From assembly GCA_001938485.1 (NCBI GenBank), contig MQRK01252300.1:11319-74063 (forward strand): a stretch of DNA of 62,745 nt, given 5' to 3'. The stretch's first letter is position 1, and each line of letters begins with the position of its first letter. This DNA is from Girardia tigrina. Taxonomy: Eukaryota. A program made the translations under genes and the position numbers. This document shows positions 26,901-38,869 of the stretch, piece after piece. The notes beneath the pieces are model-generated. The model had not been told where the DNA came from. It saw nothing but the letters and a program-made list of their open reading frames with translations, and did not search any database.

Positions 26901-29900
26901 GATCGTTTTGAATAGTCGGGTTTTTGATAACTTTTATATTCAATGTTTTTCAAACAATCGAAAATTCCCAAAAAACAATTATTGGTAAAAATTCTTTATT
27001 ATTAAAATATTTACATAAATTTCAATTTCGTTGTTTTATTCGACAAAGAAATGACACAAATTCAAAGTCTTCAATTAAAAAAGTTATCGCCAATTTCTCC
27101 TTGTTATTTTTTGTTTTTTGGATAATTCGATCAATGTTTGATGTTCTTCATCCAAATTGCCAATCGAGAACCCGCTATCCATTCCAAACTCTGTCCGATA
27201 AATTGACCAACAAAGAGCATCTTAATAACAATCAAATCGAGAATATAAACATTAGAATTATCAATAAAATCGAAACTTAATTTAATCACCTGCAAAATAT
27301 CTCCAAATCCGATGAAAATATTTTCCAAATCTCTCAATTCTGTCTCGAGTTCGTCTATCGATTGAAGAACGATTATTGTGATATTTGTACAAAATTACAT
27401 AATGCTTTCAAAATTACATAGCTTTCAGAAAACACACGGTCTGGCTCGCGATAGGTAGTTCCTCGCTCTTGCTCGAACATAGTTGATATACCGTGACTGG
27501 GAGGGAATTCTTGTCCAAAATCGCGTGGAGCAGCTCCTGTACGGTTACAAGCAACAGGATGCCACTCAAAGAGATAACTCACCGATAAATGATGGCTCAT
27601 GATCGAATAATACCGGGTGGTCATCTTGGCCGTCACTCGTCAGAAGAGACTCGAACGAATACATAACGATTATTTAAATTTTCACCGAGACAATGAAAAC
27701 GAAGTGGATTCAATAATTTATTAGAGTAACACACTTTTTAGGATACAAAAATCTTGCAAAGCTTTTTTTCTTGTAATATTAAAACAACATATATTTTTAA
27801 TGTCGATTTTTTTCTTTTTAATTTCCGTAATTTTTATTTTAAGATATTTATAATTTCGGAATGACTTCGCAGTTATACTTATCATTCCTTTTTTATTATA
27901 ATAAAAAAGTTATGATAAAAGTTATTATTATTATTATTAAAGTTATAAAACTAACTTTAATAATTATTAAAGTTAGTTTTTTTATGAAATGTTGACTATG
28001 AATTTACAATATCGATAAAAAGAATTTTATTTTTTTTATTATTACGAATTATTGATTCAGAATTCATTACAGATATAATATGATTTATTTATATCAAATT
28101 TAGTGTTTTTTACATTCTGTGCATTAATAATCATAATGTTAGAAAAGCAAATAAATATTATATTTTAATGTCAAAACCTATATCTTGTTCATATGGAACC
28201 CTCGCATTTCGTCAGCCTTGTAGAATTATTAATTGTCTTTTGACAACGTATCCGAATTAAACAATCAAGTTGGAAATAGTGTTGCAGATAATTAACTACT
28301 TCCGAGGATCTTGTAGATCGTTTGAAATGCGTGTATGCTATTAAAAAGATATTTTGGATGCTTATTTGAGAATTTGTTAGAAAAAATATCAAATTTCTGT
28401 CAAATAACATGACTTTATACTATTATTATCATCCGTGCCATAACCCTTATTCACTTCCATTCACCAAACATCAGCTATCATATATTGCTTTTTAGTTGTA
28501 TTCTTCATTTATTATCACTCTTTTATCGTCCATCTTTTAATCAAATGCTGCAAAGATATCATCATAAGAAGAGAAAAAAATCAAAAATTCCGAAATCAGT
28601 CAGCTAAATTCGATAATTCTTGAGATCCTTCTTTAAAATTAGTGATTAGTTTCACTAATGTGTAAAAGCAAAGGAGTTAATGATATTGCTATTGCTATAG
28701 CTTTCATTAACAATGTAAAGTGTCAAGCCTTTTGATCGTTGATGTATATTGTTTTTTTTATATTGTATTTTGTATATTGTTTTAAAGTAGTGTCTGTCTC
28801 TCTCTGAGTTATATTTTTAAATCATTATTATTATAATATGAAATTATTTAATGTCTTTTTGGAATTGCTTTCAACTTGAAGATATTAATTAACAGTTTAA
28901 ATAGTTATTAATTTTAAAATAAAAAATATTTTAAAATTGACTTTTAATATAAACATGACATGAATTTTTAAAAAATGGATGTGCATTAACAAGTTAAATT
29001 AACATTAGTTTTTACAGCTATTTTATGAAAAGTGTAATTATATAATCCATTAATTAACTAAGTATCACGTTCGTTTGAAATGAGTTAACGGAGTTCAGTG
29101 TGAGACCTCAATAAGAATTTCCAGACCAATTGATCTTTTAATATGACCTTAGTCACTCCTTCCAGTAACATTTAATGTTACACAGAATTTGAAAATCACT
29201 TTCTTCTATCTTATTTTCATAATTTCAAATATGTTCGGTAATATTGTTCTCGTTTTCAAAGCACCTATTCCATTTGATCCGTTTGCAGAGATGACATGAT
29301 TTATATCCAATTTATGTCGTTACACCTATTACAAATACATTTATAAACAAGATAAGAGCACAAATAGAAAGGAATTTAGTAATTAATTACTAAACATCAC
29401 GAATTTTATAAGTTTTTGTTTTATTTTTCAAAAGAAAAATAGAAGAAAAGAATTTTCGAATTCTGTAAATAGAAATATAAAATATACTTTAAATTAGTGA
29501 TGTCAAATCTAACACCCATGGGCCACATTCTGCCCAGTTACTACTTCATAGAAAAGCCTGAAACCCTGGCTGAGAAATCGAATTACTGGTAATCATCTGC
29601 ATTCTGTGTTGCGAATTAATGTGTCGAGTTTTGAACCGGATATTCAACAGTTGGTTTTTGGTAAACATCTGTAAACTTGTTATTAATAAATGATTATTAA
29701 TAAAAGATTATTGCCAAAAAACTAATTTTTCTTTTTTTGAGGTTTATTTATTCATTAACAATTAATTTCATCAAGTTATTGTCAGCTTAAATTACTGTAC
29801 TTAGTATATTATGGTCTGACCCACGACAATCTTCTGAAATATTATTGCGACTCATGCCGGAAAACGGTTGGGCATTACTAGTTTAAATAACTAAATTGTT

Positions 29901-31025
29901 ATGTTATTAATGTAAAATAATTTAATTAAATTATACCTTTGATAAATATTTTCATGAATAACTTGAAAAATAATTAAGCGTAAAAAATACATAAAAAATA
30001 AAAATGATGACGAATTCTGAAAGAACTACTGATAATTGTTGTAATGGGTGTTTTTAATAAATGTATTTCTACCAATAATAATGGTTTGTATAATGTTATT
30101 TGCATGCTTTTTTATTTATAATTTTTAATTCGTCTTTTCTGTTATTAGTTTTACAATTATCAAATTTATTTGTTAAAATGTCGTACTGCTAATTTAGTTG
30201 GAAACCGATTGAAGATTACATAGACGGCACATTCGAACAGTATTTTAAGGAAGAGTGTGGATTGAATAGGAAAAATATTCAAGACAACAGAATTCACTGC
30301 TGTTTGTATTTCATCAGTCCATATGGTAGAGGGTATATTGAAGATATGTATTAACCATTATAGGTTATGTTTAAAATATTTATAGATTGAAGTCATTGGA
30401 TGTAGAAGTAATCAAGCAACTCCAAAATAAGATTAATATCATTCCAATAATCGCTAAAGCAGATTGTTTAACTGCTGAAGAACTCACGAAATTGAAGAGA
30501 GCAGTACTGAAGGATATAGAGAGATTTCAGCTTGATATTTACCAACTACCAGAATGTGAAAGTGATGAGGAAGCTTCAACTAAAAAACTTGATAGTGAAA
30601 TCAAGGTCCTTTCATTAATGTCAATTACATTCAACCATTTAATTTAGGCCTGCTTGCCATTTAGTGTTATAGGATCTCCAGATGTTCTCGAAATCAATCG
30701 TGGACCAAAAGTACGTGGACGAAGTTATCCATGGGGTATTTCAGAAGTTGAAAATAATAAACATTGTGATTTTTCTCGATTAAAGATATTTTTATTAAAG
30801 TGATAATAATCTTTCAAAAACATTAATCAACCATTTTTATTGACCAGAACTCATATGCAAGACCTAAAGGACATGACGGGTGATGTGCACTATGAAAATT
30901 ATCGGGCAAAATGCATAACGGACCGTATGAATCGTCGATTGAATGAACGTCAAACGACCACGAGCTCTTCAGATGGAACTGGAACGTTAAGCATGGTTGA
31001 CAGAAGCAGTGACAGTTTAGGGTAA
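13440..31025 (+). CDS. Septin, SEPT2 group (SEPT4/5-like); 8 exons, ~365 aa
   Basis: Exons 13440-13485, 13556-13617, 13671-13764, 18685-18895, 30198-30332, 30386-30605, 30648-30799, 30848-31025 join in frame (1098 nt, all GT-AG). Motifs: HRKAVKKGF polybasic, G1 [10 protein letters not shown]3 [26 protein letters not shown]4 [27 protein letters not shown]. The 3' end may continue by splicing. Confidence 0.93.
14940..16249 (+). mobile_element. Decayed mariner in septin intron 3, with internal 214-bp insertion
   Basis: Motifs [40 protein letters not shown]...G.YFD; right TIR ...GACGACCTAA followed by TA; left end partly deleted. Confidence 0.88.
16598..16753. mobile_element. hAT (Charlie-type) MITE
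   Basis: Perfect TIR CAGTGGTTTCCAACC; 8-bp TSD CTTAAAAC/CTTTAAAC; inverted homolog of 2258-2477. Confidence 0.9.
17686..17892 (-). mobile_element. Solo LTR related to the Gypsy LTR at 35816-36006
   Basis: Shares TATTTTACG.AATGTAATTGTTT and ATTTCTTAC.TAAATTAATTTT blocks; ends TAATAGGAGC / GCTCCTAACA; flanks ATATC/ATATT. Confidence 0.7.
17911..17946. repeat. (TA)n microsatellite
   Basis: Direct reading. Confidence 0.95.
19195..19618 (+). mobile_element. Non-autonomous Helitron(s) with an internal small TIR element (~19298-19501)
   Basis: 5' motif CTATAATAGAATTATGATTTCTGTCTGTC (repeated at ~19522); 3' hairpin TTCGCCAG-AC-CTGGCGAA then CTAG|T. Internal inverted pair CTGGAAAAACGGAAAGACTTCCGATCTACCCC / GGGGCAGATCGGAAGTCTTTGCGTTTCTCCAG. 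Confidence 0.7.
23909..25160 (-). mobile_element. Full-length but defective mariner (1252 bp)
   Basis: TIRs TTAGGTTGTCCGGAAAGTTCGTAG / CTACGAACTTTCCGGAAGACCTAA; TA TSD both sides; [39 protein letters not shown]; frameshifts. Confidence 0.95.
26490..26716. mobile_element. piggyBac-type MITE
   Basis: TTAA TSD; TIRs CCTTTAACCGGATAGAA / TTCTATCCGATTAAAGG. Confidence 0.85.
29495..29880. mobile_element. hAT MITE
   Basis: TIRs TAGTGATGTCAAA / TTGGGCATTACTA; 8-bp TSD CTTTAAAT/GTTTAAAT. Confidence 0.7.
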
Positions 31026-31344
31026 ATTTTCGTTTGATATAATTGATATTTGACGAATTTTTTCAGTTGAAATATATTTTTTAACTCACTGGCAAAATTC
31101 AAGCGCATATTACACAATTTATGAAAAATTAATTAATAAAGTAATATAAATTTTATACGACGGTTTTTAGCGTCTAAAAATCGATAGAAAAATCTACAAA
31201 AATGGTTGTTATAGTTTTATACTTTGAAAAATGGGACTAATTAATGCATGTTTTTATACGAAATTAAAAAAAATAGTGTAAAATTTAATAGAATGAAATC
31301 CTAAATTAATTAATTATATATTTAATTAATTGTTTTACTTATCC

Positions 31345-32100
31345 AATAATCCGTGTATTAAGAACACCAACATGGGTTTTCGAACTTGTATTTTCAATAC
31401 AATTGTCTTTTGGACAAACTCTCAGCCAAGCTTTCGTCATTCGACATCGTTCTAAATTGATAAATTATAGTTAATGTTTGTTAATAAACAATTATTCGAA
31501 CAAATTTTTCATTATTTTCTGATTTTATTTTTAAAGTTCAAATTTTGTAATTTTATTAATAATTTTATTTACATATTAATTTTATCGAAAGAAAGAACAT
31601 TTATTTAATTCAAAACTTAGTTAAAACTATTTATTTTATTTAAATTTTAATATGAAAATTTGAAAAGATTTAATATTTTTAAAGTTTTTTAAATATCTTA
31701 TGCTGTACTTTAAAATGTAAATTATACTCGAATAATTATTCATCGTGAACATCTAAAATATCAATTTTCCATCTGGGTGGGAGAAACACATTTCAAATAC
31801 TAAACTCAACATACAAAATTCAACATATCAAATTTCAAATATTCCTCAAACCGTGTATTTTAATAAATTTCATGATTTGTTTGAATCAAAATAAGCAGTT
31901 TGTATTTTTATCCTTTTAAAGGAAAATAAATCGTTAAATAAGAAAAAAATATGAATTTTTCTTTTGTTTTTGAAAATTCTTTGATAATTTGCTGAATGTT
32001 TCAGAACGAATAATGTCGATTTTTCCGGATTCGAAGACATTGTTGCCCTCTGACAGAGGTTTGAGAATTGACAACATTGCTTCATTTGATTCGCACTTTT
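31345..32100 (-). pseudogene. Decayed paralog of the antisense gene segment at 25165-25900
   Basis: Collinear shared blocks: AGAACGATGTCGAA, TTCTC(T/C)CACCCAGATGGAAA, TGTATGTTGA, GAGGAATATTT, TCAGAGGG. Confidence 0.6.
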
Positions 32101-32703
32101 ATTTTTGCAATATATATTTTGATTAATTATTTTATTTCTGTCAATAAAATTTTTTAGGAGAAAATTTGATAGAAATTTATTTTCAATATTTATAGATCGA
32201 AGCTGCCATTTGTTCGCATGAACAATGATATTATTAATTGAATTTTATAAGAAAGAAAATAGTCAACAAGAGAAATTTATCTTTTGGATTGCGAGAAGAA
32301 TTTAAAATAACAGAAAATAGAGAGACTTTGTTGAATTAATTATTCTGCCATATATTAACAAACTAAATTTTCCTCGCTAATTGTTTTTTTATTTAATTTC
32401 CACAAAACCGACAATTATGGGAATGATTTCCCCATAAATGAAATGTCCCCCAAACCCAATTAGGATCACATAATGACCATAAATATACTTTAATATGAAT
32501 ATCATTTATCTGCTAAAGCAAATATCCCTTTCATTATATTTTATTGAAAATTTATATCAATATCACGCATGTAAGTAAAGCTATGTCCATGTTGAATATT
32601 AGCCATTTTTCTTTTATTTATCTTATAAAATTTTTAAAATTACTTAAAATAACTGATTTTGATCAGAGATGATGAATAATATATTAATTTTAGTTATTAT
32701 TAA

Positions 32704-32926
32704 CCTCCTCAGACCCAGTGCACATTGTAATGTACCTAAATTTCAATCCTTTTTCCAAAGCCATTTTCGACTTGTTTACATTGGGAACATTTTATACATC
32801 GTAGTGTACACAATATTTATTCGTTTATTCTTGCCAGTGTTCCCATCTAGTGAGTAACATTTGTGGTATGTACCATTCTTGCAATATTTTATAGGTCGAG
32901 TGCGTAAAAAGTCAGGTGTGAGGAGG
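32704..32926. mobile_element. piggyBac-type MITE
   Basis: TTAA TSD; TIRs CCTCCTCAGACC / GGTGTGAGGAGG. Confidence 0.85.
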
Positions 32927-33783
32927 TTAATCTAAAATTTATTAGAATAATATCAAATTAAAGCTAAGAAAAATAATAATTTTAAAAATTTGATGCAGCT
33001 CAACAGTGGCCCATGTCTAAGGCTCTATGATCATGCCATACGTAGAGGTTTTGCTTCTTTGGATTTCGATGCTTATTTCTCATTCAATTTATGAGTGTAG
33101 TTTATTATTTCGTTTATTAGTGTACCTAATTTATGGAGAGTATATCGATATTGTAATCGGAAAAGATATTTTAATGCATAAAAAATTAATCATTCATTAA
33201 GAATAAATGGAAATGAAAATTTGTTAAATACTGCCAGAGTTTGGTACTAGAATTCGGAGATGTAGTGACAAATGTAAATACACTGTTGATTATTCAGATA
33301 TTAAGATGAATACGATTATTAAGTCCATATGGATGAAAATCTAAGAGGAAACAAACTCGGAAATATTAAATCGCATTAGAACCAAGGTTCATAAACTTTA
33401 AATTTCGCGTGGTCAAAACTCAATTCAGACACAATCGTTTTCGATAATTCGGGATGAAACTTCGTAATTAGTTCGATAATCACTATAAATTACTGATAAT
33501 GTTGCTGAGTTTTGTTTAATAATTTAATCCAACATAATTAATGTAGCTCTTAATTATGGACCTCATTAAAGTTAACTAATATTTTTTTGTGGTGCCAAAA
33601 TTGATAGAGTTTTTTAAAATATCAAATATTTTGTTGCGTGTTCAGATCTTTGCAAAAAATAATATAATATCTACACCTTTGGAAAAAGGAAATGTTTATT
33701 TTTATCTACCAATAAATCTAATGGATTCATTATACGAATTAATTTAATTATATAATAGAATTATGATTTCTGTCTGTCATTCT

Positions 33784-34130
33784 TAAGGAGGGTATTTGAT
33801 AATGATTTTCGGGTTTTGATTAGTAACTTTGACCACAATTATGAAAGAACAATTACTGAAGCACTCTTGATAAAGTTTTGTAAACCTAGTCTAAATGTAC
33901 AAAGTGATTCGTCCAATCATATTAGAGTATTTTGACGTAGCACACTGACGTAATGGTAATCTTTCTATATAAACAATAACTTTCTAATTAAATACAGAAC
34001 TGAAGATGCCACAAAAGTGGCGAAACATGTTTTCCAATAAAAATTTAAAATTAAAAAGAATATTCTGAGGCAGATTTGAGGTATTCTTTCCATAATGCCC
34101 CGATATAGAAATATCATCATTTCGGATTTG
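33784..34130 (+). mobile_element. Penelope-like element 3' end / pseudo-LTR
   Basis: YERTITEALLIKFCKPSLNVQSDSSNHIRVF* (GIY-YIG C-terminal E..LI...P.LN), then TATA-like, hammerhead and AATAAA. Confidence 0.8.
33997..34034 (+). ncRNA. Minimal type I hammerhead ribozyme
   Basis: GAA-CUGAAGA-U-GCCAC(AAAA)GUGGC-GAAA-CAUG-UU-UUC: intact core, 5-bp stem II, palindromic stem III, 3-bp stem I. Confidence 0.85.
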
Positions 34131-35129
34131 CCAGAGCATACACTGATTTTAAAATTTTAAAATAATCATGTAAATATTAATAATAAGGGATTTAGTTAAC
34201 AAAAAAAATCGCTAGACCTGACGAAACGGGTTCACCCTAGTTTACTTAGAATACAATATCATAAATTAATTTTAAATAACTCTTTTCTGAAAGCTTAAAA
34301 CGACAAATAAGGTTGGTCAAATAATAAGCAGATTTAATTTTTATGCAATAAAAAAACATTACAAAAATTTTTTATTTTCTGTTGATATATAACTTGCTTA
34401 GACCGATTTCGGTTCCATAATTCCAATCATTACGGGTCATATAAATATTTGGTAAATGATCATTTCATTTGATGAACTTTTTATTTTCATAATAAATTTA
34501 TTACTGTTGCACTATTTTACCAATTTTATCTTCTGTTTTCGTTCTTATCTTTTATATGTTAACCTTAAATCATTGAGAAAATGACATTAAATTATTCTTT
34601 CTATCAATAAATGAGTATGGGCAAATTTAGCATGAATAATTCCCTTGAAACGAAATTTATGGAATTGTTGACAATCAAATATTCTGATAAAAGAATTATA
34701 GATTATGACTACGTTGTTTATATTCCCCGAGAGATTCTAGATGATAATAATAATTATTATTATAGTTTGTGCAATTGGCACAGTAACCGACTCTCATTCG
34801 TGTATAACTATAAACAGTCACTCGTTCATCGTTCAATCACCGTTGTTGGTCTCGCGATGATGTCGATGGGTTCATAACTATTTTACATCATCGTTTCATT
34901 TTACTTTATTAAAATGATAACCTTTCTAAAAACTTATCGATTAAAATTGATAATTGGAAAAGTTTTTTATGTTTAATTTTACTTTTTTTAAAAAAACGGC
35001 ATTTAAAAATATTAATTGATAAAAATTTTTATTATAATTTAGAGTTGTATCTCTATTTTTAAAACACTGTCTCTACGATAAGGCTTTGTCTGGTATAATA
35101 TTAAAGACTAGTTAAATTATTCTTAAATA

Positions 35130-38100
35130 TTAGGTGTTCCCGAAATTTATTAACCCATAAACTAATATAGACACCGGATTTTTCGTAATAGGAGTTTATT
35201 CATTGATTGAAAGTCGGTGATACATCGTTGATAATTATGACTTTGAAGAGTTAATTCGCATTTAAGAGATTTAAAGAATTTAAAACTTTACATTTTAAAT
35301 TAAGGTAAAATTAAATCCCTAGGATTATAGTCGAATTGAATATAATTTCTAATTAAAAAAAGAAATTAAAAATTAGTTCAAATTTTTAAACGATTTAGAA
35401 TTAAATTAAAGAAAAAAACATATTTTAAGTTGAATAACGTTACTATTTTTTTAAAATTTTCAAATTGAATATTATTCTTCATTTTTAACAATTTAAGTTT
35501 ATCATATTTGTAAGAATTTAAATTTAAGTTAATTCATTTAAAAATAAATTAAAATTTTATAATTTCAAATTAAAGTAGGATTATAATGATTTTAAAACAA
35601 AGATCAAAATAAATATTTTTTTGTTGTAAAATTATTAGAATTTTTATGATAAGTAAAAGATTATTTAAATAATAAAAATTAATGAAATGATTATTAATTT
35701 AATACAACAAACAAAAAATTTGTTCCAATTATGTATAATAAAATTAAAATTTGTTTATCTAATAATTATTATTTTATCAATGAATTCAAATATTGATGTA
35801 ACTAACAATGACCAATATTGGGTTCTTGCTCAAAAGACATTATAATGAACACAAAAATTTATTTCTTACTTAAATTAATTTTTTTTTACATTAAATTTCT
35901 GAAAATCTTTTTTAACATATTTATAACAATATTTTACGGAATGTAATTGTTTATTTAATAATTTGATAAGATTCAAAAATTTTATATTTTATGAACGTTC
36001 CCAACATCCCCCTCGTTTTTGAAATTTTCAATTTTTCGACATTCCTTATTATTTGTTTATCATTTTCATCTTTGAGTCTATAACTCCTCTCATGAATCTG
36101 TTCAATAATTTCGTAAGGTCCTTCAAATCTGTCCCCGCCTTTCTTTCTTATTTCTTTCATAATCCAAACCTTGTCACCAACTTTATAATTTGCTCGAGTT
36201 CCAGTTTCCACTGGCGTGTTTTCCTCTTTTATCATCTGTCTTAAGTTCTCTCGGTCCGTTTTACTGTCACTGTTCCATTGTTTTCTGTCTATTTTCCTCC
36301 CAAATACTATTTCTGCTGGACTACACCCTATCGTTTTCTGTTATGTAGCGTTTATTGCAAATTCTACCTCTGGTAATATGTCTGCCCAACTCATGTAGTT
36401 TCTCTATTTAAGGCTTGCTTGGATGAACTCCCGAATAGTTCGGAATTGCCTCTCAATTATCCCATTGGTATTAGGGTGATATGGACTTGAAAAGATCAGC
36501 TTAATGCCCCTTGTCTCCAACATTTCTTTAACTCTTTTCGATTCAAAACTTTTACCACAATCGAAATGTATCTCTTTTGGTGCACCGAATTTTAGTAACC
36601 ACTTTTGTAATATGGTTTGTATAATCGTTTCTTAGTCCTGCCTTTTAATAGCTGTCAAGCTTATATATTTGCTGAAATGGTCTATAATTCCGAAAATGTA
36701 CTTTTTCTTCTTATTGTTTCGTTCCAAGGTCACAAATGTCTATGTATATCTTTTCGAACATTTCTGCAGCTGTTATCTTTACATTTTCTTCCTTTGATTT
36801 TGTAGTTTTTGTCTTCGTTTGTTGGCATTCTATGCATGACTCCACTACCTCTTTTACTGTTTTTTTTCTCTTCCATATCGAATTTGTCTCTCAGGTATTC
36901 GTACACCTTTTCGGTGCCTGCGTGGCATAATAATATGTGTGTTTGAATAATTAGCTCGTTCCGTTTTTCTTTAGATATCCATTCTTTCTGTCCTGCTCTT
37001 GTTTCGCTTCTCGTAGTTACCTCTAATAGCCTGGTCTTGTTTTTACCCTTTTTCGCTTCTTCATGTTCCATTTGGCGCTGAGTACACGTTTCGTAATTTC
37101 GTCTAGATAACATATCCGCGTTGCCATGTAATTCCCCTTTTCTGTATTCTATTTCGATATCAAGACTGCTTAAATAGTTCATCCATGTTTGGAACTGAGC
37201 AGTTAACGGTTTTTTTTGTTTGAAACATGAAAGTGATCGCTTTATGGTCTGTTCGTAATATAAACTTCTTTCCATACAAATAGTGATTGAAATGCTGACA
37301 GAAATAAAAAATCGCTAAAAGTTCCTTCCTGGTTATGCAGTACCCTCTTTCATGCGCCGACATTGTGTGATCCATATGCTATAACTCGTTCTCTACCTGA
37401 ATCGTCTATCTGTGGTAATACTGCCCCTATGTTTTCGAAATTGGCATCCGTGTCCAAGATAAACTGTTTATTAAAATCCGAGAAGCTCAATATTGGTGCC
37501 GATATTAATGCTTTTTTCATATCTTGAAATGCTATTTCGCACGCGTCTGTTCATAGCAGTTTTTCTTTGTTTGACCCGCACATTCCTTTTAATACTTTAG
37601 CTTTCTTCGCATATCCGTTAATAAATCTCCTGTAATAATTGCAGATTCCCAAAAAACTCCTTAAATTTTTAATGCATTTCAGTCTTTGAAAGTTTTCTCT
37701 CGCAGCGATTTTTTCTGGATCTGTCTGTATTCCCTTGTGATTAATTATGTGTCCTAAAAATTTCACTTCTCTTCTTAATATTTTGCATTTTGATGGTTTT
37801 ATCCTCAATCCTGTTTGCCTAATTCTTTCGAAAAATTCTTTGATTACATCGTAGAGCTCCTCTTTTGTCCTTGTTGCAATTAATATGTCATCTAAGTACA
37901 CTAACGCTCCTTTTTTACCGATTCCAAAACTTTAGTCATTAATTCCTGAAACGTTCCTAGTGCTGCTGCTATGTCAAAAGGCATGCGTTTGAAACAAAAT
38001 TGCCCTGATTTCGTTGAGAATGCCGTCTTTTCTTGCGATTCCTTGTCTAATTCTACTTGGTAGTACGCATTTCCCAAGTCTATTGTACTGAAATTTTTGG

Positions 38101-38426
38101 CTCCGTGTAACCTATCCATCATCTCTGTTATGTTCGGCATGGGAAATGCTTGTCTCTTTGTAATAAGGTTTAATAGTCTAAAGTCTAGGCATAGTCTGAT
38201 TTCATCTTTGTCCTTTTTCCAGACACATACTATCGGCGTATTCCATATTTTACGTTATGTAATTGTTTATTTAATAATTTGATAAGATTCAAAAATTTTA
38301 TATTTTAAGAACGTTCCCAAAAACCAATATTAAAAAATTTTATTAAATTAAAAAAAATCTTTTAAAATTTTTCCCACAAATTTAAAAATTGGTTTAAAAA
38401 TAAAAATTCATTTCGGGAATACCGAA
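35130..38426. mobile_element. Tc1/mariner-type MITE (~0.8 kb) carrying a nested Gypsy insertion
   Basis: TA followed by TTAGGTGTTCCCGAAAT ... ATTTCGGGAATACCGAA followed by TA. Confidence 0.65.
35816..38322 (-). mobile_element. Ty3/Gypsy LTR retrotransposon, internally deleted (no gag/protease)
   Basis: RT (IDLGNAYYQV, YLDDIL), RNase H (TDAN..., RKELLAI, LRTDHKA), integrase (PYHPNTNGIIER, FEGPYEI); 3' LTR 35816-36006 preceded by a polypurine tract; partial 5' LTR ~38246-38322; 5-bp TSD ACCAA. Confidence 0.93.
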
Positions 38427-38869
38427 TATTATCTCCATTAAATAAGAATATTCTAAATGTTTTTGATTTGGGTGCAAAGGGAAAAAAAGTGAAATGCCTA
38501 ATGGAAAGAAAAAAAGTAAGTCTTGGTTCTTAAACTATTTTGACTTAATACATGGTTTTCGGGAGAAGAGTTTACTCGTCATACCCCTTTTTAATAACAT
38601 TACACATAATTTACTTAAATGGGCACATTTTTTTAAAGTAAAACACTGAAAGTTTCATTGAAAATATTAAATAGATCGTAAGATATGAATATTTTACGGA
38701 AAATGCCCGACTACATAGTGTTAATAGTATTTAAATTTTAGAATGTTTTCAATATCAGTCTCGTTCATACTTTTAATTAATTTAGTGCAAGTTCTATAAC
38801 CTAATTTTACGATCTAATAAAATATAAACTGAATACGTGATCTTTATTACAATTTTTTACAATTTTAGA

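Larger units (their letters stand above)
22575..27650 (-). pseudogene. Antisense multi-exon orphan gene(s) nested in septin intron 4, TE-disrupted
   Basis: GT-AG bounded coding-like blocks at 27.0-27.65 kb, 25.2 kb plus 23.86-23.9 kb (one exon split by mariner), 23.67-23.75 kb and 22.58-22.96 kb; stops and frameshifts in several. Linkage into one gene is inferred. Confidence 0.5.
33749..34240 (+). mobile_element. Non-autonomous Helitron enclosing a Penelope-like 3' fragment
   Basis: Same 5' motif and same 3' hairpin plus GGGTTCACCCTAG|T as 19195-19618. Confidence 0.65.

Noticed and set aside
31764-31895. Plus-strand FPSGWEKH as a WW domain
   Set aside because: Lacks the aromatic pair and second W..P; the paralogous block at 25.55 kb keeps the minus-strand FSHPDG frame instead.
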